Shown here: positions 27,525 to 37,289 of the stretch, one piece after another
Layout of the letters: every line of letters begins with the position of its first letter
How positions within the stretch are numbered: the first letter of the stretch is position 1
Virus record (IMG/VR): IMGVR_UViG_2791355159_000004
Location: 10,229 to 74,228 of that record
Origin: a virus
Taxonomy: Duplodnaviria; Caudoviricetes
Length of the DNA stretch: 64,000 bases
Direction: 5' to 3' (one strand)
Notes under the pieces: generated by a model
Databases searched by the model: none
What the model was told of the DNA's origin: nothing
The model's input: only the letters and a program-made list of their open reading frames with translations
Position numbers and translations under genes: made by a program

Positions 27525-27683
27525 CTAACCTGCAGTAATCGCAATTACCGCATTCACAACTCCAGCAGCTAACAGAACAACGCCCGGAATCAGGTAGTTT
27601 TTGTCACGCTTTTTGCGAGCCAGGTAGAACATTGCGAATGCAATACAAAACATCGGAAATGCTATCTTCGCATAAACTGACAT
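27525..27683 (-). CDS. Small two-TM membrane protein (52 aa) directly downstream of cI
   Basis: GGAG RBS; MSVYAKIAFPMFCIAFAMFYLARKKRDKNYLIPGVVLLAAGVVNAVIAITAG. Confidence 0.7.
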   Translation of the reverse strand: MSVYAKIAFPMFCIAFAMFYLARKKRDKNYLIPGVVLLAAGVVNAVIAITAG

Positions 27684-27692
27684 GCTATCTCC

Positions 27693-28406
27693 TTAGCAGA
27701 ATGTCTCCTCCGGCCACTGAGCCTTAACTACTTTCCCTATGATGCGGCAGCTGTGGTCACAGTCCAGAATTCTATAGGACGGATTGAGCGGCACAAGATA
27801 GCTTACACCGGCATCCTTCTCATACTTCTTAAAAGTTACCTCAGAGTCAGCGTTTGCTGATGCCACACAGAAATCGCCAGTCTCGACCGGCTCTGCTGGG
27901 TCTATCAAAATCAGCATGCCTTCAGGGAAGCTTGGGCGAACGCCCTGCGGCGCGGTCATTGAGTGACCTTTGACTTCAAGCCAGAATGCTTTATCGCTGG
28001 CCTTCTTGGTTGTCGGCACCCATGCTTTCGCATCTCTAGATGTAAAACTACCCACCTCAGAAAAATCACCAGCCTGGACATAAGTGAACAGGGGGTATTC
28101 ATAATGATTCGGGCGAGAGCTTTCCTCGCCAATCGACTGATACATTTCAGCGATCTCAGCTGCGATTCTCGGACTGAACTCACCAACATTAACTTTCAAA
28201 AACCTTGCTAATGCTGAGGCGTTGCTGGGATTTAGAGCGTTTACGCCATTCAACAATGATGCAACTGCTGACTGACCAACGCCTAAGGCGTCCGCCACCG
28301 ACTCTTGGGAAATGCCCAACTCAGATTTTTTGCGCTCATAGATTGATTTCAGCCTTTGCGCATCTTCGATTTGCTCAGTAGTGAGCGGTTTTTTCTTTGC
28401 ATTCAT
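27693..28406 (-). CDS. cI: CI repressor, lambda-like
   Basis: KKKPLT arm, HTH (SQESVAD...GQSAV), S24 peptidase with AG cleavage site and GHSM. Confidence 0.96.
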   Translation of the reverse strand: MNAKKKPLTTEQIEDAQRLKSIYERKKSELGISQESVADALGVGQSAVASLLNGVNALNPSNASALARFLKVNVGEFSPRIAAEIAEMYQSIGEESSRPNHYEYPLFTYVQAGDFSEVGSFTSRDAKAWVPTTKKASDKAFWLEVKGHSMTAPQGVRPSFPEGMLILIDPAEPVETGDFCVASANADSEVTFKKYEKDAGVSYLVPLNPSYRILDCDHSCRIIGKVVKAQWPEETFC

Positions 28407-28416
28407 ACGTGAAATT

Positions 28417-28482
28417 TATCACCGCATGGGATAAAAGACTAACACCGCCAGTGTTGACTATTTTACCTCTAGCGGTGATAAT
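28417..28482. promoter_or_regulatory. OR3/OR2/OR1 with PR and PRM
   Basis: TATCACCGCATGGGATA, TAACACCGCCAGTGTTG, TACCTCTAGCGGTGATA; PR TTGACT-17-GATAAT as in lambda. Confidence 0.93.
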
Positions 28483-28501
28483 TGAGCCTATCCATTAGGA
28501 G

Positions 28502-28729
28502 ATGATTATGAGCCAGAGAATAAAACTCAAAGATTATGTAGAGCAGTTCGGTCAGACAAAGGCAGCTACCGATTTAGGCGTTTACCAAAGCGCGATTTTC
28601 AAAGCGATTTCTCTAAAGCGTGACATCACTGTGATTCTCCATGAAGACGGAACAATTTCAGCGGAAGAAGTAAAGCCGTTCCCTGCAAATCGTAAGTGTG
28701 ATCACAAGTCTATATCGACAGCTTTTTAA
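28502..28729 (+). CDS. cro: Cro repressor, lambda-like
   Basis: [17 protein letters not shown]...AEEVKPFP. Confidence 0.95.
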   Translation: MIMSQRIKLKDYVEQFGQTKAATDLGVYQSAIFKAISLKRDITVILHEDGTISAEEVKPFPANRKCDHKSISTAF

Positions 28730-28757
28730 TTTTAACCACAGGAAAGAGGGCTCAACC

Positions 28758-29306
28758 GTGGATCAGCAGCACTGGCAAATAGAAAAGCAACCGGCATGGC
28801 TGGTGGCAGCAATTAAGAAGACTATTTCAAGTCTTCCGGGCGGGTACGCAGAAGCAGCTGAATGGCTGGGTGTAACTGAAGATGCGTTGTTCAACCGCTT
28901 GCGCGCCAATGGCGATCAGATTTTCCCGATGGGCTGGGCGATGGTTCTGCAGCAGGCAAGCGGCACAAAGCACATCGCCGACGCAGTGTCACGTCAGTCA
29001 AACAGCGTCAACGTCCCGCTGGTGGACATTGAGGATGTAGATAACGCAGATATCAATCAGCGCCTGATGGAGTCAGTTGAGTGGATTGGCAAGCATTCTG
29101 CCTACATTCGCAAAGCAACCGCTGATGGCGTGATTGATGAGGCTGAGAGGGAACAGATTGAGGAGAACAGCTATCAGGTAATGGCTAAATGGCAGGAGCA
29201 CCTTACGTTGCTTTATCGCGTTTTTTGCCCCCCAGAAAAGGCGAACGCCCCAGGTTGCAGCCCGGAGCGTTCAGTTGCGACCAAATCACTTGGTGTGGAG
29301 AAATAA
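28758..29306 (+). CDS. YmfL/CII-position regulatory protein
   Basis: WQIEKQPAWLVAAIKKTI motif; located after cro. Confidence 0.8.
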   Translation: MDQQHWQIEKQPAWLVAAIKKTISSLPGGYAEAAEWLGVTEDALFNRLRANGDQIFPMGWAMVLQQASGTKHIADAVSRQSNSVNVPLVDIEDVDNADINQRLMESVEWIGKHSAYIRKATADGVIDEAEREQIEENSYQVMAKWQEHLTLLYRVFCPPEKANAPGCSPERSVATKSLGVEK

Positions 29307-29310
29307 TCGC

Positions 29311-29496
29311 ATGAGTAATTTAACCAGAAAACCGGTTGCACGGCAATTTTACTGCTTCCCGATAAAGGGGGGTAAAGGTCCCGCATCGTTCCGATATGAG
29401 GAAATAGTAAGCGGCCAGCGAATAGTCCGCAACCACAGCGAGACTGAAGAAGCTGTGGGGCAATTCAATTTGGCAGGCTGCAGGGTGGCAGTATGA
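29311..29496 (+). CDS. Small hypothetical protein
   Basis: Fills the operon, overlaps the replication gene start. Confidence 0.5.
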   Translation: MSNLTRKPVARQFYCFPIKGGKGPASFRYEEIVSGQRIVRNHSETEEAVGQFNLAGCRVAV

Positions 29497-30380
29497 GCAA
29501 CTTGATTTCACTTCTGGATCGGCCAATAGCTTATCAGGCGTGTTTTGTTCGCTTTGGTGGGGTTACTGGCGCCGTGCTGCTTTCTCAGCTGGTCTACTGG
29601 CATAACAGGATGGACGGCTCTTGGTTCTATAAAACTCAAAAAGAAATCAAAAGTGAGACTGGTCTGTCTCGTGAAGAGCAGGAAACCGCTCGCCGCCGTC
29701 TAATATCAGCCGGCGTGTTAGAAGAAGCTCGCCGGGGCGTGCCTGCAAAACTTTTCTTTAGGGTTAAAGCTGATCGCTTAGAGGCGCTTCTACTAAAGAG
29801 TGAGGAGAGGCCGCAATCCAGTATGCGTGAATCCCGCAATCAAGAAAGTGGCAATCCCGCAAACAAGAATGCGGACATGCCGCAGGCAAGTTTGCGTGAA
29901 AGCCACTCGCCAGTGTGCGGGAAAGCCGCAATCATTCATACAGTAGATTACCAAGAGACTACTACAGAGATTACAACAGAGACTTCTTGTCAGGTTGCTG
30001 CGCAACCCGACCGCGACGTTGAACTGACTGATCACGCTAAGAAGGTTCTGGCTCACCTCAATATGACCACCGGCGCCAAATTTCAGGTTTGCAAATCATC
30101 CCTGGAGAATATCCGTGCGCGGCTGGCAGAAGGTTATGAGCTCGGTGAGCTGTTGCTGGTGGTCGATTATAAAAACGCACACTGGCAGAACACTGAGCAG
30201 GCCCAGTACCTGCGCCCAGCAACTCTGTTCATACCCAAAAACTTCCCTGGCTATCTCCAGTCTGCGACCAAGTGGGATAAATCAGGGCGCCCACCATGCG
30301 TGAACGGCAAATGGCAGCGCGATGTGATGCAAATGCCCAGCGCTAATTACGCAATTCCCGATGGCTTCCGTAGCGAATAA
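29493..30380 (+). CDS. Replication initiation protein
   Basis: N-terminal wHTH, internal iterons, C-terminal YLRPATLF domain. Confidence 0.88.
   Translation: MSNLISLLDRPIAYQACFVRFGGVTGAVLLSQLVYWHNRMDGSWFYKTQKEIKSETGLSREEQETARRRLISAGVLEEARRGVPAKLFFRVKADRLEALLLKSEERPQSSMRESRNQESGNPANKNADMPQASLRESHSPVCGKAAIIHTVDYQETTTEITTETSCQVAAQPDRDVELTDHAKKVLAHLNMTTGAKFQVCKSSLENIRARLAEGYELGELLLVVDYKNAHWQNTEQAQYLRPATLFIPKNFPGYLQSATKWDKSGRPPCVNGKWQRDVMQMPSANYAIPDGFRSE
29808..29936 (+). repeat. Replication origin iterons
   Basis: Imperfect ~20-bp repeats with CCGCAA/CAAG cores inside the initiator gene. Confidence 0.65.
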
Positions 30381-30394
30381 CAGGAGACGCGACG

Positions 30395-30793
30395 ATGAAT
30401 ACCGAACAAATGATTCTGGCGTATCTGAAAAACTATGCGGGCCTGACTGCTGCTGAGCTGGCGAAAGGGATGAAGGCGAACGTGCGGACTGTACGCGAAG
30501 CAGCGAAAAGGCTGGTGGCGATGGGCGAGGTCTATCTCGACACGAAGTTTCGCTATTTCCTGATTGAGGAAGCTACCTCAATCGACGCCGAATACGCACG
30601 GCTTAGTAAGCTGGCCATGGCGCTGCAGGCGAGAAATTGCTGGAGCCGCGCGGCAACGGTCTGGCTGAACGCCATGGACGCCACGGCTAAACCTCGCTTT
30701 CGTGATCAGGCTGTAGCGCGCCGGCGGATGTGCATGCAGAAGGCTAAAGCCTTAAGGCCGAAGCCGAGCGCCGACGCATGGGGTGGCATCTGA
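30395..30793 (+). CDS. HTH plus PerC-like domain protein
   Basis: WSRAATVWL PerC-type motif. Confidence 0.7.
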   Translation: MNTEQMILAYLKNYAGLTAAELAKGMKANVRTVREAAKRLVAMGEVYLDTKFRYFLIEEATSIDAEYARLSKLAMALQARNCWSRAATVWLNAMDATAKPRFRDQAVARRRMCMQKAKALRPKPSADAWGGI

Positions 30794-30911
30794 TGAAAGC
30801 CCGTGTACTGCGCCATTACGAGCGCAACGTGATTTTTTACCAAAGCATTCGCACTGCGGCCCTGATGATCGCCGCGCTGATCGTTACCCTGGCTTGGGAG
30901 CTGGCAACCAA

Positions 30912-32234
30912 ATGACAAACTTAGCAAGAATCTACGACAACAAAGCAAAGACCGAAACCAACATCACCACTCGCAAAACTTACCTGCTGGGCGTCGATGA
31001 ACTGTACGTCGAAAGTGGTTACAACATCCGAGAGATTGACCAGACCCACGTTGAAGAATTCCGCGATGCCTTCATCGCTGGTGAACACGTGCCTCCGCTC
31101 GCTGTGCAGGTCACTGAGCAGGGCATCAAGATTATCGACGGTCATCACCGCTACCACGGCGCGAAGCTGGCGAAAGAGGCTGGTTACGATATCCGCCTGG
31201 AGTGCAAAGACTTCGTGGGCTCCGAATCAGATCGCATCGCTTTCATGGTCACGAGCAGCCAGGGGCGCGCACTGGAACCGCTGGAGCGCGCCGCAGCCTA
31301 TCAGCGCATGAGTAATCAGGGCATGGAACCGGCAGAAATAGCGAAGAAGGTTAAGCGCTCTATCGCTGACGTGGAACATCATCTGCAGCTGCTGACGTCT
31401 GGTGATGAGCTGATCGCCATGGTGAAAAACAAAGAGGTTGCCGCGACGACCGCCGTGGCGCTGGTGCGCGAGCATGGGGTAAAGGCTGGAACCGTAGCCA
31501 GAACTCAGTTGGATAAGGCGAAGGCAACCGGCAAGAAGAAGCTGACCAAAGCCGATGCGATGCCGCAGTTCAGCGCCGCGCGCGCCCGCCGCCTGATCGA
31601 ATTGCTCTGTGATGCGCAGATCGGTGAGACGGACGAGGGACACGCAGCGCTGTTTATCGATCCGAAATGTGTTGAAGAAGTTATGGCCATCATCTCTGAA
31701 TACCGCTCAGGTATTCCCGCCGGCGCCTCTCAGCCGATTGTTAACGCAGATAGCCAGTATGACGAAAACATGCCGCTTACCCGTGCTGGCATCCTTGAGC
31801 AAAGCGGCGTGGAAGTCTGGGCCTGTGCAGCCGCGATGTTTGGCGACAAAGACATCTACCCGTTTCAGGAATCCCGTTACGCACACATCTGGGCGGCGGA
31901 CTCTTTCGAAAATCCAACGGTAGTGGTAGTGCCGGCGGAGATTCTTGCAAAAGCACAGCGCCTGAAGCAGAAAAAGCTAGAGAACACGGAGCTGAAAGCG
32001 TGGGTGGCTGCTCAGTATCCCGATATGGGCGAAGCAGAGGTAATGGAGAAGTTCAACCGCTTCAGTTCAGTTGAGATTGAAACCCGCATTGATACGGCAA
32101 TGACAATGGCAGAGTTTATCGCACTGGTGGAGCGGACGGACCGATCAAACTGGGAAAACTTCCGCATGCTGCGCGGCGCGGTCGCTGAGCTGGCAAATCA
32201 AATGACTATCCCAGACATGGGCGGTACAGCATGA
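30912..32234 (+). CDS. ParB-like N-terminal domain protein
   Basis: IIDGHHR motif and HTH; ATG at 30912. Confidence 0.8.
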   Translation: MTNLARIYDNKAKTETNITTRKTYLLGVDELYVESGYNIREIDQTHVEEFRDAFIAGEHVPPLAVQVTEQGIKIIDGHHRYHGAKLAKEAGYDIRLECKDFVGSESDRIAFMVTSSQGRALEPLERAAAYQRMSNQGMEPAEIAKKVKRSIADVEHHLQLLTSGDELIAMVKNKEVAATTAVALVREHGVKAGTVARTQLDKAKATGKKKLTKADAMPQFSAARARRLIELLCDAQIGETDEGHAALFIDPKCVEEVMAIISEYRSGIPAGASQPIVNADSQYDENMPLTRAGILEQSGVEVWACAAAMFGDKDIYPFQESRYAHIWAADSFENPTVVVVPAEILAKAQRLKQKKLENTELKAWVAAQYPDMGEAEVMEKFNRFSSVEIETRIDTAMTMAEFIALVERTDRSNWENFRMLRGAVAELANQMTIPDMGGTA

Positions 32235-32449
32235 AAACAACAGAAATCAGCCAAACGCCAAATATGGCGCTTGAGCCTTGCCCGTTCTGTGGGCGAGCAG
32301 ACTTGCTTCACAGTGAAAAGCATCTCAGAAGCCGCTTTTTGCATGTTCACTGTTGGGCATGTGGCGCTAATGGCCCCGCTAAGCGGGCCATGACAGAGAA
32401 AGAAGCCTATGCCAACTGGAATCAGCGCAGCAATCAAGGGGGAGCATGA
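32231..32449 (+). CDS. Lar-family restriction alleviation-like protein
   Basis: LEPCPFCG...CWACGA...WNQR. Confidence 0.7.
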   Translation: MKTTEISQTPNMALEPCPFCGRADLLHSEKHLRSRFLHVHCWACGANGPAKRAMTEKEAYANWNQRSNQGGA

Positions 32450-32796
32450 AGCTAACTCTGCCGTTCCCACCGAGCGTTAACGGTTACTGGCGGTCCACCA
32501 AGCAGGGTATGAAGATTAGCGCCTTCGGGCGCTCTTTTCGCATCAACACCTTCGCAGCTGTCGTGGAGCAGCTCAAGCGCGCGCCTCAGCCGATTACAGT
32601 GGACGTTGAGGTTAATGTGGTTCTATATCCACCTGACAAGCGGCGGCGAGACCTGGACAACTACCAGAAAGCGCTGTTTGACAGCCTTACCCATGCTGGC
32701 ATATGGGGCGACGACAGTCAGATAAAAAGATTCACTGTAGAATGGGGCGAACTTACCAAGGGAGGCAGAGCAGAGCTGACAATTACAAAGTTTTGA
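32446..32796 (+). CDS. rusA: RusA Holliday junction resolvase
   Basis: PFPPSVN, DLDN..K and DDSQI motifs. Confidence 0.93.
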   Translation: MKLTLPFPPSVNGYWRSTKQGMKISAFGRSFRINTFAAVVEQLKRAPQPITVDVEVNVVLYPPDKRRRDLDNYQKALFDSLTHAGIWGDDSQIKRFTVEWGELTKGGRAELTITKF

Positions 32797-32919
32797 TCAG
32801 TGCTTGAGAGCCGGGGGTCATCCTTGACAGTTTCTCCGGCCGGTACACGCTTTCGCGTGACCGATGAGGTCATCTTTCATCGTCGTCTCCCGGCCGGAGC
32901 CGGACTACGTCCACTGGCG

Positions 32920-33180
32920 TTATTTCGTTTCTTCGTTCAGGCCTGCAAGGACTTGCAGGTATGGCATAGGTTGTTTAGCTCTGCCCGGTACGATAAACCC
33001 CTGAAGCCATTTTCTAGCCTCTGTTAGCTGGACTCGCCGTCCGTCGCTTTTAACATCTACAGCCATACGTCTTAGCTCGGCAATCAGAGTTAGAACGGAT
33101 ATCTCCTTCTTGGCCAGTGCAAGATGCAGTGCCGCTTCGCCAATAATGACGTGGCCTTTCTCGTCGTTTTGAAGTAACAC
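32920..33180 (-). CDS. Small YmgA/YcgZ-like helical protein
   Basis: IIGEAALHL...ISVLTLIAEL pattern; GTG start after GGAGG. Confidence 0.6.
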   Translation of the reverse strand: MLLQNDEKGHVIIGEAALHLALAKKEISVLTLIAELRRMAVDVKSDGRRVQLTEARKWLQGFIVPGRAKQPMPYLQVLAGLNEETK

Positions 33181-33541
33181 GGTAAATCCTCCATAAGTAC
33201 GATTAATGACAACCTCACCTCTGACTGTAGTCGTCTTCGGGCAAACAGATCGCATAATAATCCGAGTAATTACTCCCTCATCGCGTGCCAAAAACGATTT
33301 GACCCTTCGAATGGCACTGGCTATTTATCTTTTTCACTTAGCTAAAATGCGACAATAGTCATTTTATTTCTATCGCTACTGTACGAATATTAAACGTTAC
33401 TTCATGAAAAATGGGGTTAATTTACCTCAGTTCGCTGTAAAGAAAAATGCGGGCCAGTCTCATTATTGCCGCATATGGTCTGGGTAAGCATGGATGCCTC
33501 TGAAAGCTTAAAAAAATTTTAGATGGCCTTGAAGGGGCTAA

Positions 33542-33784
33542 ATGTTAAGCTGTATGCATATACATGACAGGGAGGAGTTTTTGGAACTGGAAAAAGATAC
33601 TCCGTCAACAGAATTGCACGCTCTGCTGGGAAAGATCGTGGTGGGAATGTTAAGCCCGGACATCGGTCTCAGTTTGCACGAGCTGATTGAAGCCTTGCAC
33701 CGAATGAGCGTAAATGCAGACAGCGAAAAAACCCGACTCCAGTGCAGTCAACTAATTGATAAGCTCATGAGAAAGATGCATTAA
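33542..33784 (+). CDS. Small YmgA/YcgZ-like helical protein (start possibly 33581)
   Basis: LLGKIVVGML...LSLHELIEAL pattern. Confidence 0.6.
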   Translation: MLSCMHIHDREEFLELEKDTPSTELHALLGKIVVGMLSPDIGLSLHELIEALHRMSVNADSEKTRLQCSQLIDKLMRKMH

Positions 33785-33818
33785 ATCAAGCCGGCAGACA
33801 AGCTTACCGGCTTGATTT
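33785..33818. terminator. Bidirectional terminator
   Basis: AATCAAGCCGG...CCGGCTTGATT inverted repeat between convergent genes. Confidence 0.75.
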
Positions 33819-33824
33819 TCCCGT

Positions 33825-34070
33825 CTATGATTCAGGGTGTAAAAGAAGTTCGAGGCAGTTGCGCAAAGTGTCCAGACGGACCACGTCATTCGTGCTCTCC
33901 ATCTCGTTTATGAGACAGAAAAGGATGTTTTTTAGTGACACGTTTCCGGTGTTGATTAGTGACATTTTGACAGCGTTATCAAGCTCATGCTTCTCATCTT
34001 CAAAATTATCCCCAATGTCCTTTATGAGGGCCATCAGCACGAGGTCAGTTTTAAACAACATCTGTTGCAT
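33825..34070 (-). CDS. ariR: AriR/YmgB-family protein
   Basis: GNVSLKNILFCLINEMESTNDVVRLDTLRNCLELLL matches the YmgB C-terminus. Confidence 0.8.
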   Translation of the reverse strand: MQQMLFKTDLVLMALIKDIGDNFEDEKHELDNAVKMSLINTGNVSLKNILFCLINEMESTNDVVRLDTLRNCLELLLHPES

Positions 34071-34127
34071 AATCAATATTTCTCCCGACCCGTGTCGTTT
34101 CTGATGTTTTTCGTACACGTCCGCAAC

Positions 34128-34406
34128 TTAGTGCCGCGTGCTGTCGTCCTGACTGTTTGCTGCAACGCTTAAAAAGCTGTCAGCAGTGATAGTTTGCTTC
34201 GAGCGCTTCAGGTCCATTTCTGCTTTGACTTCCTGAATGGCAAGCATCGCTAGTCGGGTCCTTTCTGCATCATGCTTGCCATTAAGTATTGCCTGAAGCT
34301 TTGTCAGTACCGCATTCCACGATACCGCGGCTTGCTCATTGAGAATCGCCAGGACAACTTCACCAATGAGCGCGTCGCGCAGTACTTCGTCTTTACTGCT
34401 TTTCAT
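34128..34406 (-). CDS. ymgA: YmgA-like protein
   Basis: MKSSKDE...IGEVVLAIL; synteny between ycgZ and ariR. Confidence 0.7.
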   Translation of the reverse strand: MKSSKDEVLRDALIGEVVLAILNEQAAVSWNAVLTKLQAILNGKHDAERTRLAMLAIQEVKAEMDLKRSKQTITADSFLSVAANSQDDSTRH

Positions 34407-34482
34407 CTATAACCTCTGAACATGTATTGCCTGCCTGGCAGAAATTATCTCCCCTCCGGCTGCAAATCCTGTTCGGGAGATG

Positions 34483-34722
34483 TCAGTCGCGGAAGAGCAA
34501 ACTAATGAGTTCCTGAAGGTGCTGCTCCTCTTCCTGAGAGGTTGCTGCATCAACGCGCGCAAGCAGGCGCATACAGATAGTTTTACGGTTAAGTGAACGG
34601 CCTGAGCGTAAAATTTCTACCGCGATAGCGCCGAGCGTTTCCTGCTGAGAAGGCATGGTAGCGCGGCTGAAGTAGGCGGCAATGTTCCCCTGGGAACCCG
34701 TGTTCTGTGGATTCTGGTGCAT
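34483..34722 (-). CDS. ycgZ: YcgZ-family protein
   Basis: MHQN...YF...QQETLG...EIL..G..L.RK..C..LL...EEEQH. Confidence 0.88.
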   Translation of the reverse strand: MHQNPQNTGSQGNIAAYFSRATMPSQQETLGAIAVEILRSGRSLNRKTICMRLLARVDAATSQEEEQHLQELISLLFRD

Positions 34723-35109
34723 GATTGTCTCCATTGTATATTTGGTGAGCACTGTCTCTGATGTGTAAGTTATACAAAATTAAATAAGTTGTACAGATTT
34801 GCTTTGATGAAATTTTGTCATCGTCTGGTTTTAGTTGTTTTGTGTTGATTTGCTTATCAAATCCGCAATTTTCCAGATTCTCTTAGTACCGGAACAAGGT
34901 ATGAGGACTTTAAAGCAAAGTATTAAACCGCCTTCTTATTTTTTCAGTAAGAAAACCATAAATTTCATCAAAGTCGTGAAAATACTAACGCAGCCGTTAT
35001 GATGGTTAAGCCAGCCAGCGTTTGCAGACGCTGTCGGCAAAGGTTGGTCCTGTTCATTTGCAGATGAGGGGGCGGGACCGGATAAAACAAATGGTGTGGA
35101 GAGCAAAAT

Positions 35110-35991
35110 ATGCCGAATCAGGTACTGGGCGCAGCTGCGTCTGGCGTAAACCCTATAGTTATCTCTTCGAACGCTTCAGTTAGCGTTCCCGTTCTCATGT
35201 ACCGCGATCAGCGTGTAATCACGACAGAGCTATTGGCCAGAGGCTATGGCACTGACGAAGCCAACATCCGCAAAAACCTTTCACGCAACGCTGGTCGTTT
35301 TGAGGAAGGTATTCATATCTTCACCGTGGATGGCGACGAGCTACGCGATTTGCGAGTGACTAATAGTCACGCACAAATTTCATCCAAAGCCAGAAGCCTG
35401 ACGCTATGGACAGAGAAGGGAGCCGCGCGCATGTCCAAAATCGTCGATACGGATGAGGCATGGACATTCTTTGAAGGGCTGGAGGACAGTTATTTTCGTC
35501 TCAGAGAGGTCGGCGGGCTTCTGCTGCCGGACATGAATGATCCGATTAAGCTGGCGCGCGCATGGGCTGATGCTATGGAAGCGAAACAGCAGGCGGAAGT
35601 ACTGACCCATCGTCAGGCGCAATATATCGATCACCTTGAAAACCTGTTTAGCGATGGGCTCTCTCCTGTCCAGTTCTGCAAACGTCTGAACGGCGTGAAC
35701 GTCAGCAGGGTAAGCGCATACCTGCAGGAGTCCAACTGGCTCTATGACGACAACCCTAACGGCAACCATGCTCACTGGCGAGTACGCTCTCAAGCGCGCG
35801 ATAAATACCTCACAGAGAAGAGTAGCCAGATTAACCCGTCATCGGCGGCCAGCTTCATAACTCATCAGCCTGTTCTGCTGCGCGAGGGCGCAGTGTGGCT
35901 TTATCGCCGCTACCTCAAAGGCCAGCTGCCAATGAAGCTGTCGTGGAATGGCGAATACACTCACGATAAAGAACTGGCGGGAGGTAACTAA
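35110..35991 (+). CDS. ORF6N-domain antirepressor-like protein
   Basis: QRVITTELLA, LWTEKGAAR and AWAD motifs. Confidence 0.85.
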   Translation: MPNQVLGAAASGVNPIVISSNASVSVPVLMYRDQRVITTELLARGYGTDEANIRKNLSRNAGRFEEGIHIFTVDGDELRDLRVTNSHAQISSKARSLTLWTEKGAARMSKIVDTDEAWTFFEGLEDSYFRLREVGGLLLPDMNDPIKLARAWADAMEAKQQAEVLTHRQAQYIDHLENLFSDGLSPVQFCKRLNGVNVSRVSAYLQESNWLYDDNPNGNHAHWRVRSQARDKYLTEKSSQINPSSAASFITHQPVLLREGAVWLYRRYLKGQLPMKLSWNGEYTHDKELAGGN

Positions 35992-35993
35992 GC

Positions 35994-36254
35994 ATGGCGG
36001 CACAAAACAAAGTAACAACTTTTGGGTGCTCATCTACGCATCGCATAAAAAAAAGGGCGCACACGATCCTAAGTGCAGAGCAGTTCCTTGCGCTTGATGA
36101 GACTAAAAAATATATAGCGGACAACCCAGGCTCTTACAGTCAGACTAATGATGGCATTTTCATTTCTCCAGAGCTTACTCTGAGATATCTTCATTTAATT
36201 GGAGATAAAAGGGCCAAGAAAGCCCTCCGTAAATCTCTGGAAGGTAATGCATGA
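35994..36254 (+). CDS. Hypothetical protein
   Basis: Operonic, RBS GGAGG. Confidence 0.6.
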   Translation: MAAQNKVTTFGCSSTHRIKKRAHTILSAEQFLALDETKKYIADNPGSYSQTNDGIFISPELTLRYLHLIGDKRAKKALRKSLEGNA

Positions 36255-37267
36255 GGGCGCTTCTCACACCGGAAGTGGCGCCGCGTACCGGGATCGTCCT
36301 ATTCAAGCCTGGCTCAGAGCTGATGAGCCTCTTTCGCGGGCGCGTACTCATCAGCACGCCGCCTGGCGACATGGCAGACCTTCCGTCCGGCAAAATTAAC
36401 GAGGACAATCAGCCATTGCTGGATGAGCCTCTGCTGAATTCCTTCTTCCGCGATGAACGCGTGATTGCCGCCGCTGGTGGATTTCCTGATCTCACTGTCT
36501 GGGTTGGAAAGATAAACGCGTGCCAGTGTGATGATGGTGACGGCTTCCACTTCCACGAAATAACCACGCTGGAAACAGAACAGGGCGTGTTATCGCTCTG
36601 CTATCACCATGACAACAAGCTGCGCAATAACGGCGTGTCTGGCGAAATGGAGGAGGTTGCCGCCGCGAACGTCGCAGCATGGATCATTCACAGCGCCTGT
36701 CTCGACATGGGCCTACATGCTAACCACTCCCTGACGTTGCCTGAGCTTTGCTGGTGGGCATCCATCAAGGACATAATCGACCTGATCCCCGAAGCGCCGG
36801 CGCGCCGCGTTTTGAAGATGAAGGCAGAGCAGGTTGCTACCGGAACGCTGAAGGAGTCACTGATTGCGCCAGAACGGCCGGGGCGCGAAGTATTGCAAGA
36901 GGCCGGAGAGGTGGTGAAGAAGGTTTTCAGCCTTGTGGCAGACCCGGAGTCGCCGGAGTCGTTTATGCTTCGTCCAAAGCGTAAGCGCTGGGAAAGCGAG
37001 AAGTATACGCGCTGGGTAAAGTCGCAAAAGTGCGCATGCTGCGGAAAGCAGGCAGACGATCCGCACCACATCATCGGACACGGACAGGGAGGAATGGGAA
37101 CGAAGGCGCATGACTTATTTGTGATACCGCTTTGCAGGGCGCATCACGACGAGCTGCACCGGGACATGAGGGCGTTTGAAAGCAAATATGGCAGCCAGAT
37201 TGAGCTGCTGTTCAGGTTCCTCGATCACGCTATTGCAGTTGGCGTTATCGGGTCAGATAAAAAATAA
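36251..37267 (+). CDS. DUF968/YdfU-family protein
   Basis: MRALLTP start; CxCC...DDPHH...LCRAHH. Confidence 0.9.
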   Translation: MRALLTPEVAPRTGIVLFKPGSELMSLFRGRVLISTPPGDMADLPSGKINEDNQPLLDEPLLNSFFRDERVIAAAGGFPDLTVWVGKINACQCDDGDGFHFHEITTLETEQGVLSLCYHHDNKLRNNGVSGEMEEVAAANVAAWIIHSACLDMGLHANHSLTLPELCWWASIKDIIDLIPEAPARRVLKMKAEQVATGTLKESLIAPERPGREVLQEAGEVVKKVFSLVADPESPESFMLRPKRKRWESEKYTRWVKSQKCACCGKQADDPHHIIGHGQGGMGTKAHDLFVIPLCRAHHDELHRDMRAFESKYGSQIELLFRFLDHAIAVGVIGSDKK

Positions 37268-37289
37268 AAGGTGTGGAGAGGGATTTAAT

